This document shows positions 51,801 to 54,659 of a stretch of 57,733 bases of DNA, piece after piece; within the stretch, counting starts at the first letter, position 1, and the number at the start of each line of letters is the position of its first letter. The notes beneath the pieces are model-generated. The model was given only the letters and a program-made list of their open reading frames with translations. It was not told where the DNA came from and ran no database searches. Position numbers and translations under genes: made by a program. The DNA comes from Candidatus Nanohalobium sp. (lineage in GTDB: Archaea > Nanohalarchaeota > Nanosalinia > Nanosalinales > Nanosalinaceae), in contig JBDGSM010000017.1 of the NCBI GenBank assembly GCA_042217545.1, positions 4,755 through 62,487 on the forward strand, written 5' to 3'.

Positions 51801-52750
51801 TCGTATCAGGATCGACAGGATCCGGTAAATCCGTCACCGCAAACGTGATCGCGGAAGAAGCACTTGAAAACGACGTACCGGTAATCGTGTTCGATCCTAC
51901 AGCGCAGTGGACAGGATTCGTAAAGGAACTCAAAGACGATGACCTCGAGGAACACTACGACAGATTTGAAATGGATCCTCAGGAGGATTCAAAGCCTTAC
52001 AGGGGAGTCATCAAGGAGGTAAGCTCGGCAGAACCGGATATCAACTTCGAGGACCTGCAGAACGAGGGAGAGATCACAGTATTCACACTCAACCAATTGA
52101 CAACTGAGCAGTTCGATGAAGCAGTCAGGAATATAATCGACCAGATATTCGACAAGGATTGGGAGGAGAGCCCAGACCTGGAGATGCTTGTAGTCTTTGA
52201 CGAAGTGCACAGACTGCTGGAGGAATACGGTGGAGAAGGAGGTTACGAAGCACTGGAGAGAGGAGCCAGAGAATTCAGAAAATGGGGAATAGGCCTCATG
52301 ATGTGCAGCCAAGTCACAGCAGACTTCAAACAAGCCATCAGCGGAAACATAATGACAGAAATACAAATGCAAACCAAATCCATGGAAGACATAAACAGTG
52401 TAGAGAAAAAATACGGCGAGGAGTTCGCCAAGAGAATCTCCTCGGAAGACGTGGGTACGGGAATGATACAGAACTCGAATTACAATGATGGAGAACCATG
52501 GTTCGTCGACTTCAGGCCTACCTACCACAACCCACACAAAATCCCAGACAGCGAAATGAAAAAATACCACAACCTCTCCGAGAAACTTGACAGTATCAGG
52601 AAAGAGCTGGACAGACGGGAGGAAGAAGGAAAGGACCTGAGAGACAAGGGGCTGGAACTCCAGCTGGCCGAAAACAAACTCAAGGAAGGCAGATTCAAAA
52701 TGGCAAACATGTACATAGACAGCCTCAAAGACGAGATGGATCTAGGATGA
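27833..52750 (+). CDS. Giant (8,305 aa) multi-domain surface adhesin-like protein ending in a TM helix and a cytoplasmic HerA/FtsK-type ATPase domain
   Basis: A single stop-free frame of 24,918 nt. The N-terminal signal peptide is KRAVAILLVILLIGTVAG/HS. Domain grammar is consistent along the whole length; see the domain features and findings. Confidence 0.85.
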   Translation: MGLKSSGKRAVAILLVILLIGTVAGHSLKILDTSNSFRTSQGKSNWTVSFNSSQTGKLKIEILQGSSKIDFDKLQYKLSGKWNDRSYNVSGNTLTTNWDGNHPEGRIAFSVQKYGRYRANISIGGREVSVGNPSKAEQQNFGFDVSDPTNSFNLCALTNNFWKCNPGPEEPGASGKVVNLNPEVQKKFKVPRNSKINHFSIKLSTVEGRPVLNLTGQGTLFTDIASNNLKEILTYQGQNINAYNSSGNKIWTYNANNTINNIKSGNEIIQGNKKEVLAATKNSTLMIDHQGNLTWADRGNEYYHIAAGELSSERKTYRNDDGKAEGLACIGCTNETVIQLPYNITTGNGTYYIKTALNKYKNSGDLKLKANGTTYDIDESRIEEKAVREFKNDSGKIEDMAEIGPGNITFQAFKPNLKAKDFYLKLPLARASSTTSDLKLEISGSKYSIPSGEVSSVVDPNFTYSTQSSAEALRNIGNGEAVYKTGFDPGSNTSIYVGGRFNSIGSNADIKVKLNGTSYTIDGSDISVNNIKEFKADDGKADGSSRLKASTNSTFNLHYSMPSDINSEKVYVKAGFTYSGDKSGNPFVKAGGSKYYFPKSQITETSDVTRYVNDNQRDNYSCIGCNSSNQRAPVFDLSALNVSTLKAENARISARMCSVGNRVDDLKLSGVGLGSNVYNVNVSKIHACSKGFQDVKIPVQPGDLAEDNFIFRCSNCNKTSYYRLASDNSTGGKYSQYLVGGAPTGISSDYMINVTTDTSLNYSWAEAAVPDTAVNQGDNVTIGCDGCSGSSSYRLMTDGSNSGNSYYFNNSLKKISSDYMTRIWTNTSLNYDTAYTRVNSSDIGPNTNISFSSTGNYNILVDKNNSGNSYYAGNPLNGEYKTRIEERPVNYSYTKIKINESELNADNATLSCQNCGSSYYIGLEPSSGLKISGTADFIGKKDFGADARVWTNTSLEYDTIRTPVNWKDLGKDVNVSYFCQGCSGKAFNVLIDNNSNSSSWKYSNGYRGLNGGLMSSVEFYGSNPGDEIVGSRLFPSAIVAMDSSGNQLWNYSTSEMTYSVNIGPVVPNSIGNEVVIATKKKIRILDSSGNVLKTYPSGSSKWFRATTLEDLNSDSKDEIVTGTDSGHVIALDQNLSVIWNQGVGSKVNGLTSGNLSKSPGPEILAGLQDSSLVLFNSSGQQIQSYSRPEAVTNLESGNVLTRPGQEIGVSTSQSRLFNFYNLPEDLYLSSGGNQLWNGSGLFTGTKTVSNSSIVQGMNNQLSGCGTKSCNLSFTLGSSTGGKVLLSDPELDFTYNLSDTYDYTTNVTKWAKTSGFSSDKKLMYKASRIKYTQTPAIPIRVNRIFLPGGVGTTKVVFNNNSFQNNAYSLDLPRSLRYWRFNFLGTRPTDYIWYNSSKKASPISVTKGNLTGSSPASRNVTVARATEKTDVTFRNVTVNIPVNTSEVVKDAFLKADWNGDGNYVNITPSETGCSSFRNVTGDTRTWKVCKTVNGNGKVDEFRIVQPEIGNSSSTHNETVYKLAGITNIAPTLNRLDVSPSSTYWGQDFNFTSDFSDAEGNSLNASLWLKKDSNWTKKASSQFTGSHNFTLTSDRNWTGAVDYKVSYYDVKNGSRLHDAVNSSTESFVVEAHDTNVSYRYGAGLELDRTGETGKLGGVVYDEDDGGKLNSYTSDLYCFLYMNGTAQSVTKINGTGYCSFSLADLKRDLGLYNWHIQTYSSKGYFKKSNSATKNLTLLGNFTVDTNFSKRTAFRGNGTVKYSYENIQDALGNSVSPTYNVTWGSANNLTVEGTQQLSGSSVSGTFTGITDTTPLGLTPMKLNPRQENFNNESFVKQVRVLGLITPNLYPSKNTVFPKNDLVNLTARLRDRQSNQITQASVDFNTPPGFCTATYQNRNVYKCQYNPDNSLAAGTYNWSIDATRQNYRLNDTKSQINVGTGIRADSNVTTGTVYRYSKASGSNTVYYNVTDIRDDTGQLDNVSWKALWEGSIIQSGKTNSTGFNFSYTVPENQNPGSKTAKLKLEKTGYRKYTDTSTVDVDGSINASLETRPNENLTATLRDMKDNPISGSSVTFHTPPGQCLKKYSIGNKYYCEYNADQGLSKGQYRWNISVNDPDYSYQQNKSANISIQSQISANLTLQSGPYYRANSSTSNPTNPSLQIANSNPSSVNYTISLGGKTVASGQVSGGSKYLTFNVPDTASLGTQTVTINLKKNGYEDLTKTFGREIRGTLTADLYQAEDVFRNNSVTRNNYNLTTNLKANITNALGQQVGGLSTSFNIPGGECITSYSNSYNYSCTYDPNILASVGNQTWSVTASAAGYEPVTSNQGSFYLKNVIRPDFLSSGEGYRRDRTKSLKVQALNPSDNSVDASYTSSYYIGPDYLGGNSGTGTVSFSWSPSCTRSVGGYTIDANITSNDPRYEVYQGQDSGNISVRADLNLNISSPLNSSVSGKNYQQGSNVNLATDLATQCGDPVNMSGTDIIWKASDRDTTKIISSGKTASWNIPESFTGETNITAYGDNYYYVGGSDTNKILIERVLNINTTGGFTDKLRTFGGSYDYPFSAEIITGDGKKAYNSSLNENWNKFNISFYVDGNKVKELRTDSQGSVNTTINLGSQYNPGTHTLKAYLENTTAINTTILNDKYTKDIKLTDQASVDMSRPKSGQKSYGQEVNLISSINTATGNENALNIDYNWIFKDNDTQRYISSSKVSSWIIPSYAYGPGNISVVAQNDYLTTATNTTDVTVNRKTNIEKYDPYKYVEPDTVNKLNATIDIPGLQNKSGYKVTFWTGSYSNQHTVKTGPNGTATYKWNTSGLSKGAYNTGVFIKDAPPSYFKAVDPKSVNRTLVIPDKLNISAYYRDNNEENANGNNFPNLPDKVVYRNPGPWKNPDKIFLAANVTTPFANSGDKYDVENATVDFWINGTSDNGQQITEKIGQDNVNLTAFQQGLNDNKDQWWDEYTAHTSWNPRGNLPVGAYNLKINATHPVPGFNPDPIRRPLEIRGVLNITITDPPAWEDTYQMDNLTFSAQVEDMNGNDIPVSSLDQAIWTLQEDGCANSGDAGASGWSAGTFDWSSAIAHGPKTGSLSSWIVMGNTGYYNIGGGELVWLNAEKQYFNVTRNEYRRGFTDCSAVHHQEDGPKGQINSQFEGDREDRVGIQHDMRARTESVVSEPSQTEVATNNRDMLNITARYYEFNTTQGLPNDFEGTYHATCKECTQSKNKNLSQSAYSYRDQDVAQFRFNFSNEKYRKNYTFTIWATSSDSDFGAVDPYATDSREYRVYKSLGSGTGSVNINGKCENGETAVSAPPDCGFDNLPEHYWLNQTADPGINASDKNPASNDTQYNEFRNTSSPAYENNKAWYAAHSHYSSEYAGGCDFDGKEDDKYEEPDVCPDYFSSDNKPQIKSTQVNPPYVKSGNQANVTAKVRDIDGDLQSVDLIDKSTNSKVTSMSTTSGSCTTYCTFTTTITVSSVKTYYVKAQDSANNTATGNNVDARTDDNPVNITNVTVLGQDPRKKNANLDVDMNVSNVDIPGGATPDSIKEANIEGKTPYVLKHGSNWAVLEQTITADPNDETVNVNVTEYPGYQDSATATYNVDNTIPNVTNEQVTPSLVKNGDKVNFTATITDNALDREYIKRTDNGNKVCTNSSFTNTGGDTYKCSINAPYKTGSFTYRFYAMDKADNTNDSETVTLSVDSHPPEITGLSSDKYIRPNQTVTISANVNDVEGHLDSAMLVTMNQFYNDSMNVVCDDQEFQGSCQVSPNKSTDYMIYANDTLGNENLNFSQDYVEVKVDEFKPNVELQNQETNFSGTVNIKARVNDTPPEVANGGFEQGNTGQWKFTQSSTNITNGTGYCTDDNGDGTSYCAFFDGSVYPKTTAQNNITGQKADRIAGKSVEFSGSLWGERNNFGLETDSSKASYKEYGGEDDARFHIKAWDGSNNLIKDKKGVWASHYTSNRTSGEMTNVSNGFKVPSSAKTISVQLDGGDLQGSAANAYDSFFDSIKLGPSNLDTSSVKYAFSNSSGNYTSSGAGFGSLPHDTGNNFSTSVDTTGLEDGYYMLTVKASDAVNNQAIYRKEVKVDNEPPEIDFRENISRKAKITVSDGSNQKKITLRPGIEKYPVSFSGTSGSATLDILMNSSTPLETGLINSLVLKASDGSVIRNISTESQWDQGSYSGLSTDGRTSSALGLGSQNGSSGDSLVGYWRFNRKVSGKGGTIPDSSGNSNKATLLNGSDITGDGIYSTNSVDLNGINQSVRADKSADLNSSSLTFSTWFKMDRNLTCSSNNNWRSFAHKGSSTSGSNRGWDIVLEEGGATAFDVNGTRWWPDSFHDEKVGYPLDEWHHYTYTYKASTGRMAFYKDGKLIDYYYKEPGPIRPAASQLKIGGGTDTGCPSGSGYVPGSYDEVQVYDQALAKSQIQDLYSKTSNAYKGTYTDSFSTSKAVKSIEVNTDNLWNSRVQNTETFNISIFDELLNDDPSTYKYRINGGSYQSIQNLGNSSFSATKDTTGLSNGWNSIEAKASDTEGNTGTKRFRFFVDNQNPSISAISANTSITNGDTVGLSADISDSSLNASSVNFTLINATDQAFEKDPSESCDYTSSKLSCSSAWTPSGLKDGSYNFKVHASDLMGHKASNQDPGESFYLDTKKPNITSSGINDSFVQSSQNLLVWALANDDHNVSTVKAEGYSLSEQPAGNWSSVIPVTDGVVNLTVKDVAGNKKSYGNLNYTIDDKRPQISGLTSNASADFAQGDQVVRFELNASDSHMRSVGLKNRSSGKYVGMVNGSKQTWYLKIRPKQLGLVEQEYNLTARAIDKADNLRKDYYNITIDNSPPRIKKVVLNDTVIRSNTEIAVNATVNDRAPDWVNANGVNLSQNGNLWKGTINVNLSTENPVNVTAEDLAGNFNSNASVGYTIDNTAPTISAFVSNASSGVTRSDAELRFNVSTSDANMRNVTVQGEGLTQGSPWFLKATPGSLGCATGVADQNCTLTAKSTDKADNTQSRDLNITVDDVRPDVGNFTSNVSIIRPGSAVYFTADIDDANVRNVTVRNSTDTVCEMTRVSGTNYSCSTQLYNSSDYFVDALDLAGNVNDTQSVNIETDTTPPRFLSFGSNATYNASRSGANLNFTAVAEDLRLEKVSIGGIKASNLSSTYSLVRTPGELGCPTTGESVCGISFYAEDVPGNSKNRTYNLTVDNIDPDINLVKIDDQIIQSNSTVKATVNVSSETDTDLEYVKAEGQGLTWNGSLWTGNIKVDNDGYVNASTKDKAGNTDLNESVQYIIDDQAPNAYSFNSNTSQDVSRSDKVLNFNLNANDNYQLRDVKIWNKTSGKKLDMTNTGGTRYAVNTTPASLGCPEGVNRKSCDLTVTATDRADNKANTSYTLTTDDIAPDIQDINFNDTDTVVKPNKTLKTNLTLVDDKQSTISELKVENQSISQKSKNSTGGLKSIWEGSITIDNDGFLNITARDQAGNTNTDNSTEYIVDDTSPTIQNLNTNSSNGVIRSDQTLNITVNASDRYNLSSVTVNGLNMHKTGKWIWNRADTAGDLGCTTDGNCELQAKAFDQAGWNSSTRKYLKIDNTNPNVGTLTALNASDGSPDAALGKWNLDWRLFNTTDATNLTVKLYAINGTTGKSTGGNTTVLKQFNQTSYRTVKRPVYFNATNGTYTLVANVTDEAGNRVNTTYRLAITAQPPEIPDAWASNKRPEEDREKATIKANITDTNEIDTTKMTILNTGKTFTNLTLLQPATGNRTGGIYGVDYTPPDNGYYNISVTGIDGTDERRTEEFDRVFKAIGKTSGNLSMNAQRTVFDNITQNYTGRTPVDVNFTNTGLAGSYQTSIQPALVQAGVTTNSTGKNCGRVDNGSSCQATILINVSPQASPGTKRVAEFADWVNPDGTNASISDTLGLTVKKNPVLKLRKDKISKDVWWNQKVNVTNLSAYSFGNYKLKNVTATVSQSYLNNSATNNLLGSYYRFFGEGNNVSKDETGNSSFQVQIPDKGRYIFELKSKASNNQNCGGNQCSDTKVVDLDVFRKTDVNFLTSPGEKYRGSNYLQARVVNGEGNNVNGYTVGFYDNGSLIQNVSMSGGLADFNWNTEQKQLGFHNLTARIWDDESNHFRTIDSTESVGVTLNDSLQISRDINDRDMYWYDNQTDHNVTLNYTVRNRNGYSVENATVSLISNSSDKFKHVGSCRTDPNGKCNITWNTNVSTPVNATIRSKAYKNRYYDNSTTNDSIVEIKGGFSVEIGVPDTGLNWKNDTDLIVGRNQYLKALITDENGTSVTPNNINWTINTSSGYKQIGNSKNLTWTVSGVSTGPHELNVSTETQQGVKTSDTVNVGVYEPVDISVNSVSPGNTERKNSTVQINANVTNTRTGNPLDGYRCKLSDQSEGEFINSTQSLSSGLCTMTWNTEYTDFVGTHNLRIDIPENRTGTWYLPVKNSAETRSVTLTEKLNLSVQKPRGIIHRYTSQDLQAEARNAYNKTSATIEWRHGGSNVQPNGTGKQGDWNTSGLSLGAYRLNTTASKPQYTSDLVRNNLTVYGYSKVNFNESGLYTSGDRINLSFRAEDVNTTTGIADYPVQVYRKYENGSYKAWRNGTTGSSGWYNTTWNTTNDSIGDYKLKADISDNSTLYYNNTNSNVTRSFFVGGTLNLNITGLSKETVYRDQLTEPSETVIEANVTNGGIPVSNAAKVEFDFSGKKIGECLTNSTATTGLCNITWNPGSDRKVGVQNITAQASADNYFNSSKARRQIEIRTGIRPYFRDKKETASFNFSSKQGLNITPQVIETFTGDGVGNYNFNLGYGDRKDDIEVETSKKAWSNDSATLADMNSSLAISGTSTVNVSAEDREIITLNVSKATENFSLGFRRNSSWKQAFKGSFNGTRNLEIPDGKIKALNISTSGNITLESLKLVDTDLANRKELMRRRILGQFGNSRMNFENSKPHNDYSRCMNSGSCVLNGTYVGTEPGFNDSVEGSRTPGVFSGKALLANITNMSANDSVSIRRPYLEYYPGEKNFSSSDLLSFWIQSDIPFNMTVEDGPDGSGVCSYRESYNSTDLWELKQYNLSEYREQCGVGVAQISWNFHHRGTGNVSTLVGLDQVSKLTPAKTNVNGTRNLELLPGKTGQYDFKLGIKQSGFYNLSQSTAFKTININTGRGRKSVAGKKIGGETQRKEIAPTGQVNTTDFWVEPDYINATVAAETYGTFGKATIYNNKTKDLFLQLYEGNRADLLDVQDNVTVKASTPRTQELHDVGLGFNSSQPGTYNGTVTFFDPATRNYDTVNVTLNVRNIIMNIVNTSAEHGRDNITSGDTITAYANVTYNNTKQISDAGWKASIQGDKCSNVNSKYINSTGLWKISCSAPGIKKNPVNVSYELTALKDNLEIKARKGLKYRDVTPPFVVSKTGDNVRQGENATVRLEAVDNVGIDNVTGTGIYLGNSTKVGNVSFSKVNGRYVGNLTHTGSKGDYDVKARLEDVNGHTRTVRIPVSVFPFVNFTGSMKDMKADFRFQRPSSNTTLIDASTDESYNLKVQNRSYDVNIDVQPDRPEKVGEPVHNIEFINTSVKGNMTDPVSVSPVENGNPVNFQHPSGTTNNTFTGVSINSSFNFSKATITLNYSNNEDFDEADENNLRVFKCEYGAAGKCNTSDWRQLNTTINITENTVKSSTNSTSSYIVERLYTPNNNQGGNQGQQNKNKKKNKNGGFPGGLTGNGKNSNQSKQDNKSDIAKEPFILSPHIFQPIMFRGDERTFLLKIENNREKTINLNMSIEGELRKLLGPKHSSMNISANSTAVTELRASIPEDAKIKTYTGQIIAQYGNVTVNSSQSILVSRKGSEGFHLNVKALTKNVEPGSNFSFQTKINKITLETPLQVNMTHYFRESDTDKVILKLNNSFKVSDSKTIKRKISTKDIPSGSYYVQTVAKAGNTTVVDSATVVIKESFWTPLKTRALILIIAVILISVLGWKGYQYYWTKKEEEARYVFPVDYNRLPDEIEDNYWVGKIAETEKDAYIDPSDLTTHAIVSGSTGSGKSVTANVIAEEALENDVPVIVFDPTAQWTGFVKELKDDDLEEHYDRFEMDPQEDSKPYRGVIKEVSSAEPDINFEDLQNEGEITVFTLNQLTTEQFDEAVRNIIDQIFDKDWEESPDLEMLVVFDEVHRLLEEYGGEGGYEALERGAREFRKWGIGLMMCSQVTADFKQAISGNIMTEIQMQTKSMEDINSVEKKYGEEFAKRISSEDVGTGMIQNSNYNDGEPWFVDFRPTYHNPHKIPDSEMKKYHNLSEKLDSIRKELDRREEEGKDLRDKGLELQLAENKLKEGRFKMANMYIDSLKDEMDLG
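30890..31500 (+). other. Beta-propeller-like repeat region (FG-GAP/PQQ-like blades) inside the giant protein
   Basis: Repeated blade-like units: GDEIVGS..VAMDSSGNQLWNY, GNEVVIAT..ILDSSGNVLKTY, KDEIVTGTDSGHVIALDQNLSVIWN and GPEILAG..LVLFNSSGQQIQ. Confidence 0.55.
39262..39825 (+). other. CBM4_9-like carbohydrate-binding (jelly-roll) domain inside the giant protein
   Basis: It starts with the hallmark ANGGFEQGNTGQW, ends with ...FFDSIKLGP, and is about 185 aa long. Confidence 0.5.
40386..41060 (+). other. LamG / concanavalin-A-like lectin domain inside the giant protein
   Basis: LVGYWRFN...IPDSSGNSNKATLLNG...LTFSTWFK...WHHYTYTY...MAFYKDGKL...YDEVQVYDQAL is the Laminin_G_3 pattern. Confidence 0.6.
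41716..44503 (+). repeat. Tandem array of about 85-105-aa Ig-like domains in an alternating A/B di-domain super-repeat (about 5 copies)
   Basis: Domain boundaries carry [VIT]D[ND]xxPx[IV] motifs at nt 41716, 41971, 42265, 42524, 42806, 43075, 43358, 43618, 43927, 44219 and 44503. Confidence 0.7.
51584..51640 (+). other. Single C-terminal transmembrane helix of the giant protein
   Basis: ALILIIAVILISVLGW is followed by the positively charged KGYQYYWTKKEEEAR, consistent with positive-inside topology and a cytoplasmic downstream domain. Confidence 0.7.
51670..52747 (+). other. HerA/FtsK-superfamily (DUF87-like) P-loop ATPase domain of the giant protein
   Basis: Walker A GSTGSGKS (nt 51809-51832), Walker B LVVFDEVH (around 52188-52211) and the REFRKWGIGLMMCSQ segment typical of HerA-like ATPases. 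Confidence 0.7.
52232..52722 (+). repeat. 491-bp perfect direct repeat, copy 1 (3' end of the giant gene)
   Basis: Identical base for base to 54106-54596 (offset 1,874 nt). A further 17 identical nt follow a single C/T mismatch at 52723/54597. Confidence 0.9.
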
Positions 52751-54624
52751 AGAAAAAAATAGCACTTATAGGTCTCGCACTGTTGCTTACAGGAACAGCA
52801 GCAGGTATGTCCGTTCACAGCGAGATACCAGCCCTGAGCACGATCTTCAAGCAGAAACAGGAGATATACACCGTGAGGATAACAAACACCAAGAACTTCT
52901 CGCAGACCTACAGCTTAAGGCCTGAGAAAGACCTGGAGAAGCTAGTAAACGTGAGAAGAAAGATCTCTATCGGCGCAGGCGAGTCAAAGGAAGTCAAGAT
53001 TGAAATCAACGGGAAAGGCCTTAGCGACGGACTCTACGCAGGCAATATACTTGTGAAGAGCAATACAGGCGAGGAGAAAGGAATACCTGTCGGTTTCAGA
53101 GTTGTAAGGAAGAAGAACTCCGATCTCCGGCTTGACGTGCAGACAACATCTGGCTCTATGAGGCCTAAAGGAAGCATCAATGTCCTGACCGTACTCTCAT
53201 CGAACGAGGGGAAGAACGTGAGCGGTACAATCACTTACGGCATAAGAGACGCCACTTCCGGAGTCAGGATCTACAAGACGACCCGGAACGTCTCCATAAC
53301 CAGGTTCGGATCCTTCACGCATGAGATAGACCCTTTAACAGAGGTCTCTCTGGGCGAGTACTACATACAGGCCAGGCTGGACACGGGGAACAGGACAGTA
53401 ACTGCGACCGATACCTTCCGGTCAACTAACCCGTTCTGGTCAGCTACAAGGATAAAGATCGCACTCTTCCTCGCAGTCGGAGCGATCATCATAGGCGGAG
53501 GATTCTACACACAGAGATGGTACCAGCAGCACAAGGACGAGGACGCACGGTACGTCTTCCCGGTTGACTACGAGAAGCTACCGGACGAGGGAGAAGACCA
53601 GTACTGGGTCGGAAAAGTGGCAGAGACGGAGAAAGACGCATTCATCAATCCGAAAGACCTGACAACACACGCCATAGTCGCAGGAAGCACAGGATCAGGC
53701 AAATCCGTCACCGCAAACGTCGTAACAGAGGAAGCACTTGAAAACGACGTGCCAGTAGTAGTATTCGATCCTACAGCACAGTGGACAGGATTCGTAAAAG
53801 AACTCAAGGACGACAACGTCGAGGAACACTACGACAGATTCGATCTCAACCCTGAAGACGACACAAAACCCTACCCGGGCATAATCAAAGAAGTGACCAC
53901 AGGAGATCCGGATATCGATTTCCAGCAGCTCAAACAGCCCGGAGAAATAACCGTCTTCACCCTCAATGAACTTACAACAGAACAGTTCGACGACGCAGTT
54001 AGAAGCATCATCGACCAGATATTCGAGATCGAATGGGAGGAAAGCTCAACACTGGAAATGCTGGTCATATTCGACGAAGTCCACCGCCTACTCGAAAAAT
54101 ACGGGGGAGAAGGAGGTTACGAAGCACTGGAGAGAGGAGCCAGAGAATTCAGAAAATGGGGAATAGGCCTCATGATGTGCAGCCAAGTCACAGCAGACTT
54201 CAAACAAGCCATCAGCGGAAACATAATGACAGAAATACAAATGCAAACCAAATCCATGGAAGACATAAACAGTGTAGAGAAAAAATACGGCGAGGAGTTC
54301 GCCAAGAGAATCTCCTCGGAAGACGTGGGTACGGGAATGATACAGAACTCGAATTACAATGATGGAGAACCATGGTTCGTCGACTTCAGGCCTACCTACC
54401 ACAACCCACACAAAATCCCAGACAGCGAAATGAAAAAATACCACAACCTCTCCGAGAAACTTGACAGTATCAGGAAAGAGCTGGACAGACGGGAGGAAGA
54501 AGGAAAGGACCTGAGAGACAAGGGGCTGGAACTCCAGCTGGCCGAAAACAAACTCAAGGAAGGCAGATTCAAAATGGCAAACATGTACATAGACAGTCTC
54601 AAAGACGAGATGGACATGTCTTAA
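52747..54624 (+). CDS. Membrane-anchored HerA/FtsK-type ATPase with two Ig/CARDB-like ectodomains; paralogue of the giant protein's C-terminal module
   Basis: Signal peptide MKKKIALIGLALLLTGTAAG, TM helix IALFLAVGAIIIGGGFY (around 53452-53505), Walker A GSTGSGKS (53683-53706) and Walker B LVIFDEVH. ATGA overlap with the giant ORF stop. Confidence 0.85.
   Translation: MKKKIALIGLALLLTGTAAGMSVHSEIPALSTIFKQKQEIYTVRITNTKNFSQTYSLRPEKDLEKLVNVRRKISIGAGESKEVKIEINGKGLSDGLYAGNILVKSNTGEEKGIPVGFRVVRKKNSDLRLDVQTTSGSMRPKGSINVLTVLSSNEGKNVSGTITYGIRDATSGVRIYKTTRNVSITRFGSFTHEIDPLTEVSLGEYYIQARLDTGNRTVTATDTFRSTNPFWSATRIKIALFLAVGAIIIGGGFYTQRWYQQHKDEDARYVFPVDYEKLPDEGEDQYWVGKVAETEKDAFINPKDLTTHAIVAGSTGSGKSVTANVVTEEALENDVPVVVFDPTAQWTGFVKELKDDNVEEHYDRFDLNPEDDTKPYPGIIKEVTTGDPDIDFQQLKQPGEITVFTLNELTTEQFDDAVRSIIDQIFEIEWEESSTLEMLVIFDEVHRLLEKYGGEGGYEALERGAREFRKWGIGLMMCSQVTADFKQAISGNIMTEIQMQTKSMEDINSVEKKYGEEFAKRISSEDVGTGMIQNSNYNDGEPWFVDFRPTYHNPHKIPDSEMKKYHNLSEKLDSIRKELDRREEEGKDLRDKGLELQLAENKLKEGRFKMANMYIDSLKDEMDMS
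54106..54596 (+). repeat. 491-bp perfect direct repeat, copy 2 (3' end of the 625-aa ATPase gene)
   Basis: Identical to 52232-52722. The upstream parts of the two ATPase domains are only about 80% identical by eye. Confidence 0.9.
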
Positions 54625-54659
54625 ATACAGGCGAAAGCAAATAAACAGTGTAAAATACT

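Noticed and set aside
52282-52488. Duplicated small alternative-frame ORFs (52282-52488 and 54033-54362 on the plus strand; 52243-52431 and 54117-54305 on the minus strand) with identical peptides
   Set aside because: Their identity is simply a consequence of the 491-bp perfect repeat within the two ATPase genes. They are not independent genes.
27833-52750. The giant ORF as a SPEARE-like protein (serine protease plus restriction endonuclease domains, as reported for another nanohaloarchaeon) or as a pseudogene/assembly chimera
   Set aside because: I could not find protease catalytic-triad or PD-(D/E)xK-type motifs by eye, so I do not claim those domains. The frame is uninterrupted and its AGGCCT density matches the flanks, which argues against a chimera. 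Only long-read validation can settle that.
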